Sequence record: SRR22947727_2571
DNA: 43,323 bases
Strand: one strand, 5' to 3'
Within the stretch, counting starts at the first letter, position 1. The number at the start of each line of letters is the position of its first letter. The position numbers and the translations under genes were made by a program. The notes under the pieces were generated by a model. It had not been told where the DNA came from. It ran no database searches and saw only the letters and a list, made by a program, of their open reading frames with translations. Below, in pieces: positions 18,181 to 29,286 of the stretch.

Positions 18181-19284
18181 ATGCCAGACCCTAATTTATT
18201 TGCCATTTTCGGAACGGACGAGGCTCGCGTGAAAGACGCGGGGCTTGCGTTGTCGAAAAAGCTGTCGCCGGCGGATGACGAGTTTGGTCTCGAAACGGTC
18301 GATGGAAATGCGGATAACTCGGATCACGCGTCGAAAATCGTGGGGCTGACGATGCAGGCGCTGCAGACGTTGCCGTTTTTTGGCGGTGAAAAAGTGGTTT
18401 GGCTGCAAGGCGCTAATTTCTTTGGCGATTCGGTCACGGGGCGTGCGCAAGCTACTCTGGGAGCGGTCGAGGAATTGCTGAAATTTATCGAAGCGGGTGT
18501 TCCCTCGGACGTGAAATTCATCATCACGGCGTCGGAAATTGATAAGCGGCGGTCGTTTTACAAAAAGGTGAACAAGCTCGCCAAAGTCACCTTTTACGAC
18601 AAGGCGGACATTTCTAAAGACGGTTGGGAAATGCAGGTGATGGACGTGGCCTCGACTCGCGCGGCGGCGATGGGTTTGAAAATGGCGCACGATGCATTGG
18701 AGCGATTTGTTCTCATGGTCGGAGCTGATACGCGGCTTTTGCAGAGTGAATTGGAAAAGCTTTCGCTCTACGTGGGCGATCGCGAAGCTACTGTCGACGA
18801 CGTTCGCGCGATCATCACATCGACTCATACAGGCGTAATTTTTGAAATTGGTGACGCCCTTGCGCGCCGAAACCTCCCGCTGTGCGTTGAGCTGATTGAC
18901 CAGCAGCTGCGTCGTGGCGAAAGCGCGATTGGGCTTTTGTTGGCAGCGATCGTTCCTCGCGTTCGAAGCATGCTGCAAGCCCGCGATATCACGGAACGGC
19001 ATCGCATTCAGGCCGGGCGAAATTTCAAAGGCTTCGAGGCTTCCGTTCTGCGTTTGCCTGCGGCAGAAACTGCTTTTTTGCCGCGAAAGAAAGACGGCAA
19101 TATTTCCTGCTACCCGCTTTTTCTGGCCGCTCAGCAATGCGGAAAGTTTTCAGCTGCTGAGCTCAAGCACGCACTCGATGCCTGTCTCGAAGCCAACCTT
19201 CGACTCGTGACGACATCGCTGGAGCCACATCTCGTCTTACATCAACTTGTTACCCGAATTTTACACCGTCCCCCTGCCGCATGA
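18181..19284 (+). CDS. holA: DNA polymerase III subunit delta
   Basis: AIFGTDE, TLPFFGGEKVV, IDKRRSFYK, VGADTRLLQSELEKL, IFEIGDA; start ATG 18181. Confidence 0.88.
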   Translation: MPDPNLFAIFGTDEARVKDAGLALSKKLSPADDEFGLETVDGNADNSDHASKIVGLTMQALQTLPFFGGEKVVWLQGANFFGDSVTGRAQATLGAVEELLKFIEAGVPSDVKFIITASEIDKRRSFYKKVNKLAKVTFYDKADISKDGWEMQVMDVASTRAAAMGLKMAHDALERFVLMVGADTRLLQSELEKLSLYVGDREATVDDVRAIITSTHTGVIFEIGDALARRNLPLCVELIDQQLRRGESAIGLLLAAIVPRVRSMLQARDITERHRIQAGRNFKGFEASVLRLPAAETAFLPRKKDGNISCYPLFLAAQQCGKFSAAELKHALDACLEANLRLVTTSLEPHLVLHQLVTRILHRPPAA

Positions 19285-19643
19285 AATTGATTGTTATTGC
19301 TCTTCTCATCGGAGTTCTCGGAGGAACCGTAGCGGCGCTTTGCGGCGTCGGAGGCGGGATCATCATGGTTCCTGCGTTTGTTTATTTTCTCGGAATGGAG
19401 CACAAGCTGGCGGTCGCAACTTCAATGGCGGTGATTGCCCCGACGGCTGCGGTCTCGATTTTCAACTACACGGCAGATAAATTGGTTCAGTGGAATGTAT
19501 TTATTCCGACGGCCATCGGCGCGGTGATCGCCGCCTATTTTATATCTGACAAAATGAAGGAGTTTAGCAATGCGACGCTCTCCCGCACCTTTGCGGTAAT
19601 TCTCATCCTCGTGGGGATCAGCATGTTGTTTAAGAAGGCGTAA
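19281..19643 (+). CDS. Half-size TauE/SafE family membrane protein
   Basis: AALCGVGGGIIMVP, AVATSM; four hydrophobic segments; ATGA overlap with the holA stop. Confidence 0.85.
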   Translation: MKLIVIALLIGVLGGTVAALCGVGGGIIMVPAFVYFLGMEHKLAVATSMAVIAPTAAVSIFNYTADKLVQWNVFIPTAIGAVIAAYFISDKMKEFSNATLSRTFAVILILVGISMLFKKA

Positions 19644-20049
19644 CGAGAACTCCACGAGCATATTCATCAACTTGGCAAGGTGATCTTTCTTCTTGCTTTA
19701 CTATAAAAAAAGCTAAGCTTTAGGTCTCCCATAATTTTTTGGGGGGGGGAATAACAGCCTCATTCTAACTTCGGTTAGTTGGGGCTGTGCTCTGAGCAGG
19801 ATTCCCGTTTTTTCGATCCTAATAGATCGGTTCGAAAAAACCGAGATGGTTCGTAAAGAATCGATGCTAACCAATTTTGAACAAATTCCGTTCGAGTTTG
19901 TCTACGGTTACAAGCTGGCTTGCCGTTTATAATGGTTAGGAACCAGATTTTGAGGCTGAATGTCAGTGGATTACGTGGATCCAGTTTTTCCGGACTCACG
20001 AAATTGAAATCTCCAACCCACTACCCATCCTCCACCTGAGACAAGCACT

Positions 20050-21171
20050 ATGGACGTAATCGAAACACTCGCCGTCGCGCTCGGCTTCGCCACTTTGGCA
20101 GGGCTGAACTTATACATGACGGTCTTCATCACCGGACTGGCTATCAAATACGATATGATCAGTGTCATCGCGAAATACCCTGAACTTCAAGTTCTCGGCG
20201 AGCCGGCAATCATCATTGCCAGTGGCATTTTCTTTGCGTTTGAATTTTTCTCCGACAAAATCCCTTGGGTGGATTCCCTGTGGGATTCTGTCCACACGTT
20301 GATTCGTCCGATCGGTGGTGGATTGCTCGCCCTTCACACGCTCGGGCCGACTGAGCCTGCGTTTGAAGTTATCATCGCGCTTCTTGCTGGCGGAACATCG
20401 CTCGTATCTCACAGCTTCAAAGCGGGGACGAGGCTGGCGATTAATACCTCTCCCGAACCGTTTTCGAATATCGCGGCGAGTGTTGGAGGAGATGTCGCGG
20501 TTCTCGGCGGGATTGCTCTAATGTGGTCGAATCCAATTCTTTTCGGTGTCATCTGCCTGGCTTTCCTTTGTGTTTCACTATATCTCGCGCCGAAAATGTT
20601 TCGCCGCTCCAAAGCGTTTCTTTGGTTGGTCTGGAACAAGATTGCGTCAGGATTCACTCGGAAAGATCACTTGCGTTTGTATTCGCAGCTGACTTCCGAT
20701 CAGGATCTGACTCTCTCCGACGGAATTGGCGGAGAAAAACCGGATGTTCGCTGGGCGGCGAATGTTCTTGTCGGAAAGACCAAAGGATTCCGTGGAATCG
20801 CCAGCCAGGGGTTTGGATCAATCATCTCTTTGGAAAACGGTGACGACAACACACTGCATTTTATCGGGCGTCGCTTGTTCCGAGATTATCATGTTCCGAT
20901 TTCGCTCGAAAACATGGAGATTATTCAGGAACCGCGCTTTCTCAGCGAAGATTTAGTAATTTTTAATCGAAGCACCAAAGAAAAATTGGTTTTCCGACTG
21001 CATGCTGGGCACCGTGTTTTAGCTGAACGAGTTGTGGAAGGCGTGCTTGGAGTTCAGGGCGGTGAAATCAGTCCGGAAATGGCAGAAATATCCGACTCGG
21101 AAAAAAAAGTGAAAAAAACTGCAGAAACTTCTAATAAAAACTCTGAAGCGACCGTTTTAGAATCGGAATAA
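20050..21171 (+). CDS. DUF4126-family membrane protein with C-terminal soluble domain
   Basis: AGLNLY, EFFSDKIPWVDSLWD..HTLIRP, KAGTR..INTSPEPFSN. Confidence 0.85.
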   Translation: MDVIETLAVALGFATLAGLNLYMTVFITGLAIKYDMISVIAKYPELQVLGEPAIIIASGIFFAFEFFSDKIPWVDSLWDSVHTLIRPIGGGLLALHTLGPTEPAFEVIIALLAGGTSLVSHSFKAGTRLAINTSPEPFSNIAASVGGDVAVLGGIALMWSNPILFGVICLAFLCVSLYLAPKMFRRSKAFLWLVWNKIASGFTRKDHLRLYSQLTSDQDLTLSDGIGGEKPDVRWAANVLVGKTKGFRGIASQGFGSIISLENGDDNTLHFIGRRLFRDYHVPISLENMEIIQEPRFLSEDLVIFNRSTKEKLVFRLHAGHRVLAERVVEGVLGVQGGEISPEMAEISDSEKKVKKTAETSNKNSEATVLESE

Positions 21172-21213
21172 GTTTTTAATAGACTCCTTGAGTCGGTTTT
21201 GTGTGTCAAATTT

Positions 21214-21250
21214 AAACGGCGCCGTGTTCTTAAAGCACGGCGCCGTTTTT
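21214..21250 (+). terminator. Intrinsic terminator
   Basis: AAACGGCGCCGTG-9nt-CACGGCGCCGTTTTT. Confidence 0.85.
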
Positions 21251-21277
21251 CGTTTCAGCTGATACCAGTTTGAAAAT

Positions 21278-22120
21278 ATGAAGACGTTTTTACCCGTTCT
21301 GAACTTTGCCTTGATGGCATTTGGAGCCCCACAACTTTTGGCTCAATCGTTCGAAACATTTTCCTATGGGGATTCAGCGCGCCACAAATTGGATGTCTTC
21401 GCACAAAATGCAGAAGCTGACGTTCCGGTCGTCGTCTTTGTTCATGGAGGTGGTTGGAGTGTGGGGCGAAAATCTCAGCATCAGTTTATCGGGAAGATGT
21501 TTCAGAGTCAGGGCTACGTTGCGGTGGTTATCAATTACCGGTTGTTTCCTGAATCAACGTTTCCTGGATTTCCCGAAGATGCCGCAGCAGCGGTCGCTTG
21601 GGTGACGGAAAATATCGAAGCGCATGGTGGAGATCCTACGCAGATTTTTCTGATGGGTCATTCGGCCGGAGCCCATTCGGTGGCACTACTGGGATTGGAC
21701 GAGCGCTATCTCAAGGCGGTTGACGTGAAACCGGAAATCATTCGCGGCGTCATCGGTGTGTCAGGCCCAATGACCTTGAAGCCGTCGAAGATTCCAATGC
21801 TGAAACGAATTTTTGGTAAAGCGACCGATGACGAAATTGCGCCGATCGGATTTGTCGATGGAGACGCCGAGACAGAGCCTCCGTTCCTGCTTATACATGG
21901 GAAAAATGACCCGCTCGTTCCCGTGAATCAGTCCGAAGAATTGGAGAAACGCATCCTCGAAAAAGGAGGCCGCGCCAAAGGAATCTACTTTGACCGGTAT
22001 GATCACATCACCATCCTCGCGGCGTTTTCGGAAAAATACGGGAAGACCGGAACGGTGATTGCGCCGGTCATCCAGTTCATTGAGGCGGACGGTGATTTGG
22101 AGAAAGTTAAAACTCCGTAA
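21278..22120 (+). CDS. Secreted alpha/beta-hydrolase (HSL-like esterase)
   Basis: Signal peptide, HGGGW, GHSAG, HGKNDPLVP, DH. Confidence 0.9.
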   Translation: MKTFLPVLNFALMAFGAPQLLAQSFETFSYGDSARHKLDVFAQNAEADVPVVVFVHGGGWSVGRKSQHQFIGKMFQSQGYVAVVINYRLFPESTFPGFPEDAAAAVAWVTENIEAHGGDPTQIFLMGHSAGAHSVALLGLDERYLKAVDVKPEIIRGVIGVSGPMTLKPSKIPMLKRIFGKATDDEIAPIGFVDGDAETEPPFLLIHGKNDPLVPVNQSEELEKRILEKGGRAKGIYFDRYDHITILAAFSEKYGKTGTVIAPVIQFIEADGDLEKVKTP

Positions 22121-22173
22121 ACGCGATCGGATTTTTGCTTGCCACAGGGGCGCTCACTCGGCACTTTCACCGC

Positions 22174-22620
22174 ATGAGCTACACTCAAACAGCAAAAGAC
22201 CTCGGCGTTGAATTTCCTGAAGCGGGCGAGCCCGGTTATCTCAACTTGTGCATTCGCACTGGAAATTTATTGATCACATCCGGTCATGTCAGCGATCAAA
22301 AAGGGATCGTTGGCGACGGTGCCGTCACAACTGAGCAAGCCTACGAAGCGGCCAAAGATTGCGCGATCAAAATCCTCCAATCCGTTCATGCAGAACATGG
22401 CACTCTAGATGATTTGCGGGTGATCAAGTTGCTCGGCTGCGTTTATTCTCAGCAGGAATACACCGATCAGCATCTTGTCATCAACGGCGCATCGGATTTA
22501 CTTCACGAGATTTTTGGAAAAGACGGTGATGGCTTTCACGCTCGCAGTGCCGTCGGTTTTGCAGCCTTGCCGACCGGCGTTTCTGTCGAAATTGAAGCGA
22601 TTTTTGAGATCAAATCCTAA
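22174..22620 (+). CDS. RidA/YjgF family protein
   Basis: LITSGH, VINGASDL, HARSAVG, LPTGVSVEIE; start ATG 22174. Confidence 0.9.
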   Translation: MSYTQTAKDLGVEFPEAGEPGYLNLCIRTGNLLITSGHVSDQKGIVGDGAVTTEQAYEAAKDCAIKILQSVHAEHGTLDDLRVIKLLGCVYSQQEYTDQHLVINGASDLLHEIFGKDGDGFHARSAVGFAALPTGVSVEIEAIFEIKS

Positions 22621-22638
22621 TTGAATCTCGAAACAGAA

Positions 22639-22911
22639 TTACTTGTCGGACGCGTCCTGATTTTCTTCGTGAAGCTCAGGGCGTGTTCCGGGAAATTCCT
22701 TGGCTTTATCGGCGAATCGATCAAACCGGTTGGACAAAATCAAGAGTGTCGGAGCCCACAGGCCGACGAAAATACCAAAGCGCTCGGCATGGGTAATTTC
22801 GTCCGGAGTGCCTCCTCGCAGATACCACCAGATGAAAATCGAAAGCAGTATTGAAAACACGCCAGCTTGAAAAAAGATCGTGCTGAGAATTCGGCAAGTG
22901 GAAGCGTTCAT
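22639..22911 (-). CDS. Small two-TM hypothetical membrane protein
   Basis: Two hydrophobic segments, HAERFGIFVGLWAPT; fills the gap between neighbours. Confidence 0.7.
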   Translation of the reverse strand: MNASTCRILSTIFFQAGVFSILLSIFIWWYLRGGTPDEITHAERFGIFVGLWAPTLLILSNRFDRFADKAKEFPGTRPELHEENQDASDK

Positions 22912-23033
22912 AGAGCCCAATAATAGCCGCTGCTCTCGTTCACTCTGAGCTTTCTTTGCTGAAAATTGTGCATTTTCTGGTCCGCGAAGCGCTTCAGGGC
23001 AGGCGAAAACCGGTTTCGCAACGCATTAGCATT

Positions 23034-23528
23034 ATGAAACGCGCAATCGGCCCCATGTTTACGGCTCTCTTTTGGGTATTCGGCGCTGTACTGATATTCC
23101 AAAAGAGTGCGCCAGAAAGACCGCCAATGGTCATTCACCAGGCATCTGATCGTGCTATTTTAAATCTTGATCCAGAATGGGAAGCGGGACTTCTTGATGG
23201 TTCGTTGAAGATTGAGCTGCCGGGCTCTAATTCAAAAATGCTCATTCGGATCGATGCGGCCGATCCGGTGCGCCTTGCGATTAAATTAAATGAAAGCGTC
23301 GAAGGTCAGCCTTTTGTGGTGGTTTCTCCAAAAGCAAAAAGGAGAGAATTCATCGATCTTCCTCCACTAAAAAACGATACAACGGCGGAAGCGTTCGAAC
23401 TCAAAGGCCGTGATGGTAACATTTACGCACTAGCGATTCGAAACGAGGGACGGGTAACGAAAATGGCTAAAACAAAGCTTCTACCGATCCCTCCGAAATT
23501 ATTCAAGCCCGTTAAAATCAAAGACTGA
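23034..23528 (+). CDS. Hypothetical protein with N-terminal membrane anchor
   Basis: ORF from ATG 23034 with TM segment MFTALFWVFGAVLIF; no recognised domain. Confidence 0.6.
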   Translation: MKRAIGPMFTALFWVFGAVLIFQKSAPERPPMVIHQASDRAILNLDPEWEAGLLDGSLKIELPGSNSKMLIRIDAADPVRLAIKLNESVEGQPFVVVSPKAKRREFIDLPPLKNDTTAEAFELKGRDGNIYALAIRNEGRVTKMAKTKLLPIPPKLFKPVKIKD

Positions 23529-23537
23529 CCGGCTAAA

Positions 23538-26500
23538 TCACTTCTTTTTCTCAGGCGCTTTTAGCGAGGCCAAATATTCGACAACGTCCCGGACTTCCCG
23601 CTTTTGCAAAATCAGTCCCATCGGTGGCATGGTTGAAACCACTGCGGAACGCTCTTTGACGTCTTTGGATTTTACTTTCGTGACTTTGTTTTCGGGATCA
23701 CGAAGTTCGATGACCCCGTCTTTCTCGCCACGAAATTGACCAGTGATGTTGCTGCCATCTTTCATGGTCAGAGAAATTGAACCATAGCCCTTCGCGACGA
23801 CTTTCTGAGGATCTACGAGCGATTCTAAAATGTAAGCCCGATCTTTTTTACGGCCGATCCATTTCATATTCGGGCCGATATTACTGCCTTTCCCATCCTT
23901 CACTTTGTGGCAGCGAATGCACTGAGCTGCAATGTGATTCATGAAAATATCCTCGCCGCGTTTCACATTTCCACCTTCCAGCGTGTGAGTGAAATCCGCT
24001 TCCGGTGCGCCCTCGATTTTCCGAGCCGCAGCCGCCTCGGCTACATCGAGTTGAAGCCCAGCTGGGAGTTCTTTAAAATTCGCGACGAGCGTTCTTAAAT
24101 CCACATCGCCTTTTTCAGATGCCAAATCACCAGCGAGTAGCGCGACGGCAGCTTGTTTTTCGGAGAGTTTACTGCCCCCGGTATCGGTCACGATTTTTCC
24201 AATCTGGAGCGCTTTTTCAGGATTGATTTTTGCGAGCAAATTCAGCGCTTCAATTCGAAGCGGGCTGTTTTTTGAACCTAAGGCCACGTCCAAAACAGGC
24301 TCTAGCTCCGGCGATTTTTGGGCGTGAAGTCCACGCATCGCTTCGATTCGGAGTTCGGGGAGTGAATCCAGATTTTTCGCGACGGCGATGAGAGTTTCCG
24401 AATCGATTTCAATTTTCAGATTCCGCGCCAGCGACATAGCTTCGGTTTGGATTGCTGAACTCGCGTCTGTTAGCAAATCACCGAGGTGAGGGCGCAATGG
24501 ATCTCGGGCGATTTCCGGATCACGTTTTTCGTGTTTGCGATACCGGCCCACCACGCGATCCAAAACCGCTGGTTCTGTCCAGTTTGTCAGCGCATCCAAC
24601 GCCTCCTGCCGCATCGCCTCCGGCACGTCTTTTCGTGCCGCAAAAATAGCGACGCGCTCAGCATGTTCCGATTCTCCGAGCATGAAATTTGCATTGATCG
24701 CTCGGCGAATGAACGGTTCGCTGTAAATCAATTTGGTCGTCTCAAGTGCTTCAGCCAATGCCCGCATGGCTTCAGGAATCATCCACTCATCGTGAATAGC
24801 ACGGGCAGCGTCTTCCGAGACGCCGCCAGTCAACGAGTTCAGAAATTTTGCGACCGCCGGATCACCCCGTCGCCGCATTGCGATAACGGCTACCCCGTGG
24901 GCCAATTCGAACGTCTCGTCATAAATCGATTCGAGAAATTCGGACGACGCACAACCCGTCAGCCCAACAATCGCAGCATGCCGGAGATATGGATAATTCA
25001 CATTATCGAGCGCATTCACCATGTCCAAAATCGGCTGCGCGCCGTCTTCAATTCCCAGATTTCCAATCGCAATCGCCGCATGAAATTTAACGCGATCGGA
25101 ATCGTCTTTAAGCAGCGGAATCAATTTTTGAACCAACAGGGTGCGTTCGCCGAACAGACCTTGTTCGTTCGGAAAAGGGGCTTTGTGCGTCGCCAGATGC
25201 CGCCCGAAATGATCGCCGATGGTCTTTGCTGCTTGCGTTCGAATTTCTGCATTGGGGGCTCCAAGAAGTGATATCAGCGTTTCGAAATCAGGATTTTCCG
25301 ATTTACGATTGAACTGACCAAGTCCCCAAATGGCGTGGATTCGCCCAAGAAGTTGGATGTCTGTTGAATCCATGTTGCGACTAATGGCAATTCGATGAAG
25401 CGTATTTTGATCGTTCCGTTTTACGAGTTCGAACTGTGCTTTGAATCGAATTCTTTGATCTGCATGGTCCAAAAACTGAGCCAATTTCAGGTAATCGATA
25501 TTATCAGGCGAAAAATCTTGAGCCAAATATTCTTCTGTTAGGTTTCGGTATACTTGCTGTTCAGGATTCACTTCCACATCCCATTTCCAAACCGCACCCT
25601 GCTCATTCAGTGGATATCCCCCGCCCCAATCCACACCGTAAAGTGCCCCGTCGGGACTAAAGTTGATACCGACAATCGGAACTCCGTTTCCGATTTGCAT
25701 GTCGTTGACCATTTTAAAACTCGCGCCGTTTTCTTCGACCTGAAACGCCCACTGCTGGCCGTTCGGGGCGCTGGTATGAAAAAAGTAGTCCTTCCACTCG
25801 GGGCTGAGCGCGGTGCCCGGATTGAACGCAAGTCCGGCGGGGCCGTTGTTGTAAAGACTGATTGGCGGAGTGATGTGGCTTGGCTGATTTTCCTGATAAG
25901 GAACGCTCATGTTTTCGTCCATCCACGGATTGAACTTGTCTTTTCGATACTGCCAATTCGAGCGCCAACCGGCATCCATGTGCTGAACGATGTAGACGAA
26001 ACGCTCTTTCTCACCGGGGCGATCGGAGTCATTGTCGATTCCAAAAATGTTGCCGTATTGATCAAAAGCGATTTCCTGAACATTCCGTAAACCGCGGGCG
26101 TAGACTTCAAAATTGCTTCCATCGGGATCACAGCGGAGCAGCGCACCGTGGTTTGGGTATTTGAAATTAAGTCCTTCTTTTGAAGTCACGTTCATTCCCT
26201 TGTCGCCGACAGTCCAGTAAATGCGGCCATCGGGGCCAACCGTCAGGCCATGCATGTCGTGGCCTGCATACGCGAGGTGAACTCCGAAGCCGTGGGCGAT
26301 TGATTCGCGCGTGTCCGCTTTTCCGTCATCGTCGGTGTCGCGGAGCTTCCAAACATCGGGAACGATCGTGGTGTAAACGTCACCTTCGTGATGCAAAACA
26401 CCGGCAGCGATACCTGCAATCTCATCCTGAAAGTTTTCAGCGTAGACGGATTTTTTGTCAGCAAGTCCATCGCCATCGGTGTCTTCGATGAGGTAAATGC

Positions 26501-26901
26501 GTTCGGTCAGCGCGGTAAGGTCTTTGATGTCATGAACGCCGTCGCCGTTGTAATCCTTCACTCGCTTGGCATTCCCAGAGCTGTTTTCAGCGGTAAATTG
26601 GGCTCGATAAAAAGCGCGTTTGTCTTCCGAAGATTCGAAACTGAGATCGTTTGGAATCCAATCCGAGTTCGGCCGAATGTCCATGTCATTGGCCTTGCGG
26701 CGTTGCGTTTGCGTGACGTAGGCGCGGCCTTTTTCATCAAACGAAATCGCGACTGGATCGGGAACTGGAAAGTCAGGCGTCCACTTGGTGAACTTCAGCG
26801 ATTTGGGGTCGGCCTTTTTTTGCTGTCTCAGAGGCATCTTGCGCACTTGAAAAAGGGATCAAAAGCAATGAGGTGACGGCAAGAACGAGAAAGAGTTTCA
26901 T
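23538..26901 (-). CDS. PVC-type membrane-bound dehydrogenase-like beta-propeller/HEAT-repeat/cytochrome c (CxxCH) protein; signal peptide out of frame at an A7 run
   Basis: DTDGDG repeats, GLRN, HEAT repeats, CIRCH, IGPN, STMP; ATG 26901 encodes MKLFLVLAVTSLLLIPFSSAQD, joining the long ORF if one A is removed at 26815-26821. Confidence 0.88.
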
Positions 26902-27022
26902 AGGCGAGCCAGACAAATACCATGAATTTTGATTTGCTCCAATCGCATAGAAATACTCATCGGGTCGATGTCAGCTTCATTTGTCGATTGAGAAAACCGC
27001 GTTAGATTTCGTCTCCTTTCAA

Positions 27023-28375
27023 ATGAGTAAAACTGCCTGCCTCTCTCTTGTTTTTGCACTTTCAATTTCTGGTCTTGCAAGTGCCGCTGAACCTCCCGTT
27101 TCCAGAGAGAATGCGTATGCCGTGTTGGCTCCGGCAGCGAAAAGCAAGGACGGTAATACTCAGGGAAATCCAGAAGGTCTCATTGGCAAAGTGGTCACTG
27201 GTTATCAGGGCTGGTTCCGTGCCGAAGGTGATGGAACGGGATTACGATTCAGCCACTACGAAAAAAATGGGAAATTCGAACCTGGCTCATGCACGATTGA
27301 TTTGTGGCCTGACATGGGTGAATTCGGCGACGACGAAAAATTCGCTACGCCATTTCGTCATGCTGATGGAAGCGTCGCTCACGTTTTCAGTTCGATTCAT
27401 CCTAAAACAGCGGATCGGCATTTTTCATGGATGGCGGAATACGGAATTGATGGAGCGTTCGTGCAGCGATTTGCAACTCATGGGGCGAAGGAGCGTCGCG
27501 ATAATCGCCGGCTTAAAGCTGAGAATCAAAAACTGATGATGTGTCGGGACGCTGCGAACAAACACAATCGGAGCTGGGTGCTGATGTATGATTTGTCGGG
27601 GCTAGCGGATGACGACTTCGAGCGCTTGGCGGAAGATTGGAAAAATCTGCGCACGAAAATGAAACTGGGAACGGACCCGAACGACTCTGCGTATCTCCAC
27701 GTAAACGGAAAACCTCTCGTTGCGATTTGGGGTGTGGGTTTCAACGATGATCGCAAATACGGTCTCGAAAAAGCAGAGTGGTTTATCCGTCTTTTAAAAC
27801 ATAATCCCGAGTGGGGTGGCATGAGCATTATGCTCGGCACGCCGTATTATTGGCGAGAGCAATTCCGCGATACAACGAATGATCCGAAACTCCATTCGGT
27901 GCTGAAACTCGCCGATGTGATCAGTCCTTGGGCAGTGGGTCGATACGGAATTGAACCTGACGCGATGACCAAAATCATTGATCATCAGCGGGCTGATCTT
28001 GCGTGGTGCGACAAAGAAAAAATCGATTATTTACCAGTATTGTTTCCTGGGTTCAGCTGGAGAAATCTATACGGAGAAGAAGAAAAAGGAATCCCACGGC
28101 AAGGCGGTGAATTTCTTTGGCGGCAATTTCAGGCGACCGCTGCTGCTGGAAGCAAGTCAGCCTATTTGGCAATGTTCGATGAGATCGATGAGGGGACCGT
28201 TTTGTTTAAATGCACGAACGATCCACCAGTTGGGACGTCAAAATTTGGAACCTACGAAGGCCTTCCGAGCGATCATTATTTGTGGTTGAGTGGCGAGGGA
28301 GGGCGACTTTTGCGTGGTGAAGTGCCAAGTCGAGCTTTAGAAAAAATGAAGAAAGCAGCGGTTCCGGCCAATTGA
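27023..28375 (+). CDS. Secreted glycoside hydrolase family 71/99-like protein
   Basis: Signal peptide; GYQGWF, HFSWMAEYGIDG, MYDLSG, ISPWAVGR, PGFSW, AMFDEIDEGT. Confidence 0.8.
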   Translation: MSKTACLSLVFALSISGLASAAEPPVSRENAYAVLAPAAKSKDGNTQGNPEGLIGKVVTGYQGWFRAEGDGTGLRFSHYEKNGKFEPGSCTIDLWPDMGEFGDDEKFATPFRHADGSVAHVFSSIHPKTADRHFSWMAEYGIDGAFVQRFATHGAKERRDNRRLKAENQKLMMCRDAANKHNRSWVLMYDLSGLADDDFERLAEDWKNLRTKMKLGTDPNDSAYLHVNGKPLVAIWGVGFNDDRKYGLEKAEWFIRLLKHNPEWGGMSIMLGTPYYWREQFRDTTNDPKLHSVLKLADVISPWAVGRYGIEPDAMTKIIDHQRADLAWCDKEKIDYLPVLFPGFSWRNLYGEEEKGIPRQGGEFLWRQFQATAAAGSKSAYLAMFDEIDEGTVLFKCTNDPPVGTSKFGTYEGLPSDHYLWLSGEGGRLLRGEVPSRALEKMKKAAVPAN

Positions 28376-28379
28376 ACTG

Positions 28380-29207
28380 CTAATTAGCTTCAACTTTTAC
28401 CGGGGATTTCTTCATTCGCGTCCGCAAAATCGGAGCCAAATATTTCGCAGTTTCATCCGCGATGACATTGTATCCAGCGAGATTGGGATGCCGATCGCTG
28501 GTCCAACCTGGGAGATGACCAAAGAGCGCGTCGAATTCGTTTCCCATGACGACAACTTTGCCTCCGTGAACCTGTGAAGCCATCCATTCCCTGTATTTTT
28601 CGGGGATGTTTTCGATCGAATATCGCCGGTAGTTCAGCATGTTATGACCTTTCTCCAGCTCTTTCGCATAGCGTGGGTAGATGTCGAACACAGCGAGCTT
28701 CTCATCGCGCCCAACTTGGAAAATCAGGTCGTTGATCTCTTTGCTTGTGGCTTTGTCAGCAAAGGGAATCACGGTCATCGGAATGATGAGGGCCTTCGGA
28801 TGATCTTTTCGTAGCAATGCAATGAGTTCCTGAAAATCTTTGGTGAAATTCTCTGAAAACTTTTCGCGTCTTGCCCGATCATTGATTCCATAACGGACAA
28901 AAATGTAATCGAGCCCCGGCAATTTTGAGGCCGCTTTTTCGTAGCGGCCGGAGTCGAGCAGTCTTCGTATATATTCCCCGCTCACGCCGCATTGAATGAC
29001 GTTGCACGCCGGGAGATCCGTTTCAGCCGCCAGCAAGCGACGAATCACTTCTTCAAAATGGGGTCCCTCTGGCTTTAACAGTCGCGGAATACTGGCTTCG
29101 GTGGTGCTGTCTCCAAGTAGCAAAATTTGGATTTTCCCGTCGTGCTCTGCAATCACGTTGGATAGCGTCAGGAAAAGAAGTGTGATGAAAGTGGCGGCGA
29201 ATTTCAT
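28380..29207 (-). CDS. Secreted SGNH/GDSL hydrolase
   Basis: LLGDS, GVSG, YGIND, DRHP blocks; signal peptide from ATG 29207. Confidence 0.9.
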   Translation of the reverse strand: MKFAATFITLLFLTLSNVIAEHDGKIQILLLGDSTTEASIPRLLKPEGPHFEEVIRRLLAAETDLPACNVIQCGVSGEYIRRLLDSGRYEKAASKLPGLDYIFVRYGINDRARREKFSENFTKDFQELIALLRKDHPKALIIPMTVIPFADKATSKEINDLIFQVGRDEKLAVFDIYPRYAKELEKGHNMLNYRRYSIENIPEKYREWMASQVHGGKVVVMGNEFDALFGHLPGWTSDRHPNLAGYNVIADETAKYLAPILRTRMKKSPVKVEAN

Positions 29208-29286
29208 AGTCCTATCTTTCGCTATCCGGCGTGAGATGAACATGGCTTGCTCGCGCCAAATTTATCGCCCCGAAAACCGGGTGGGC

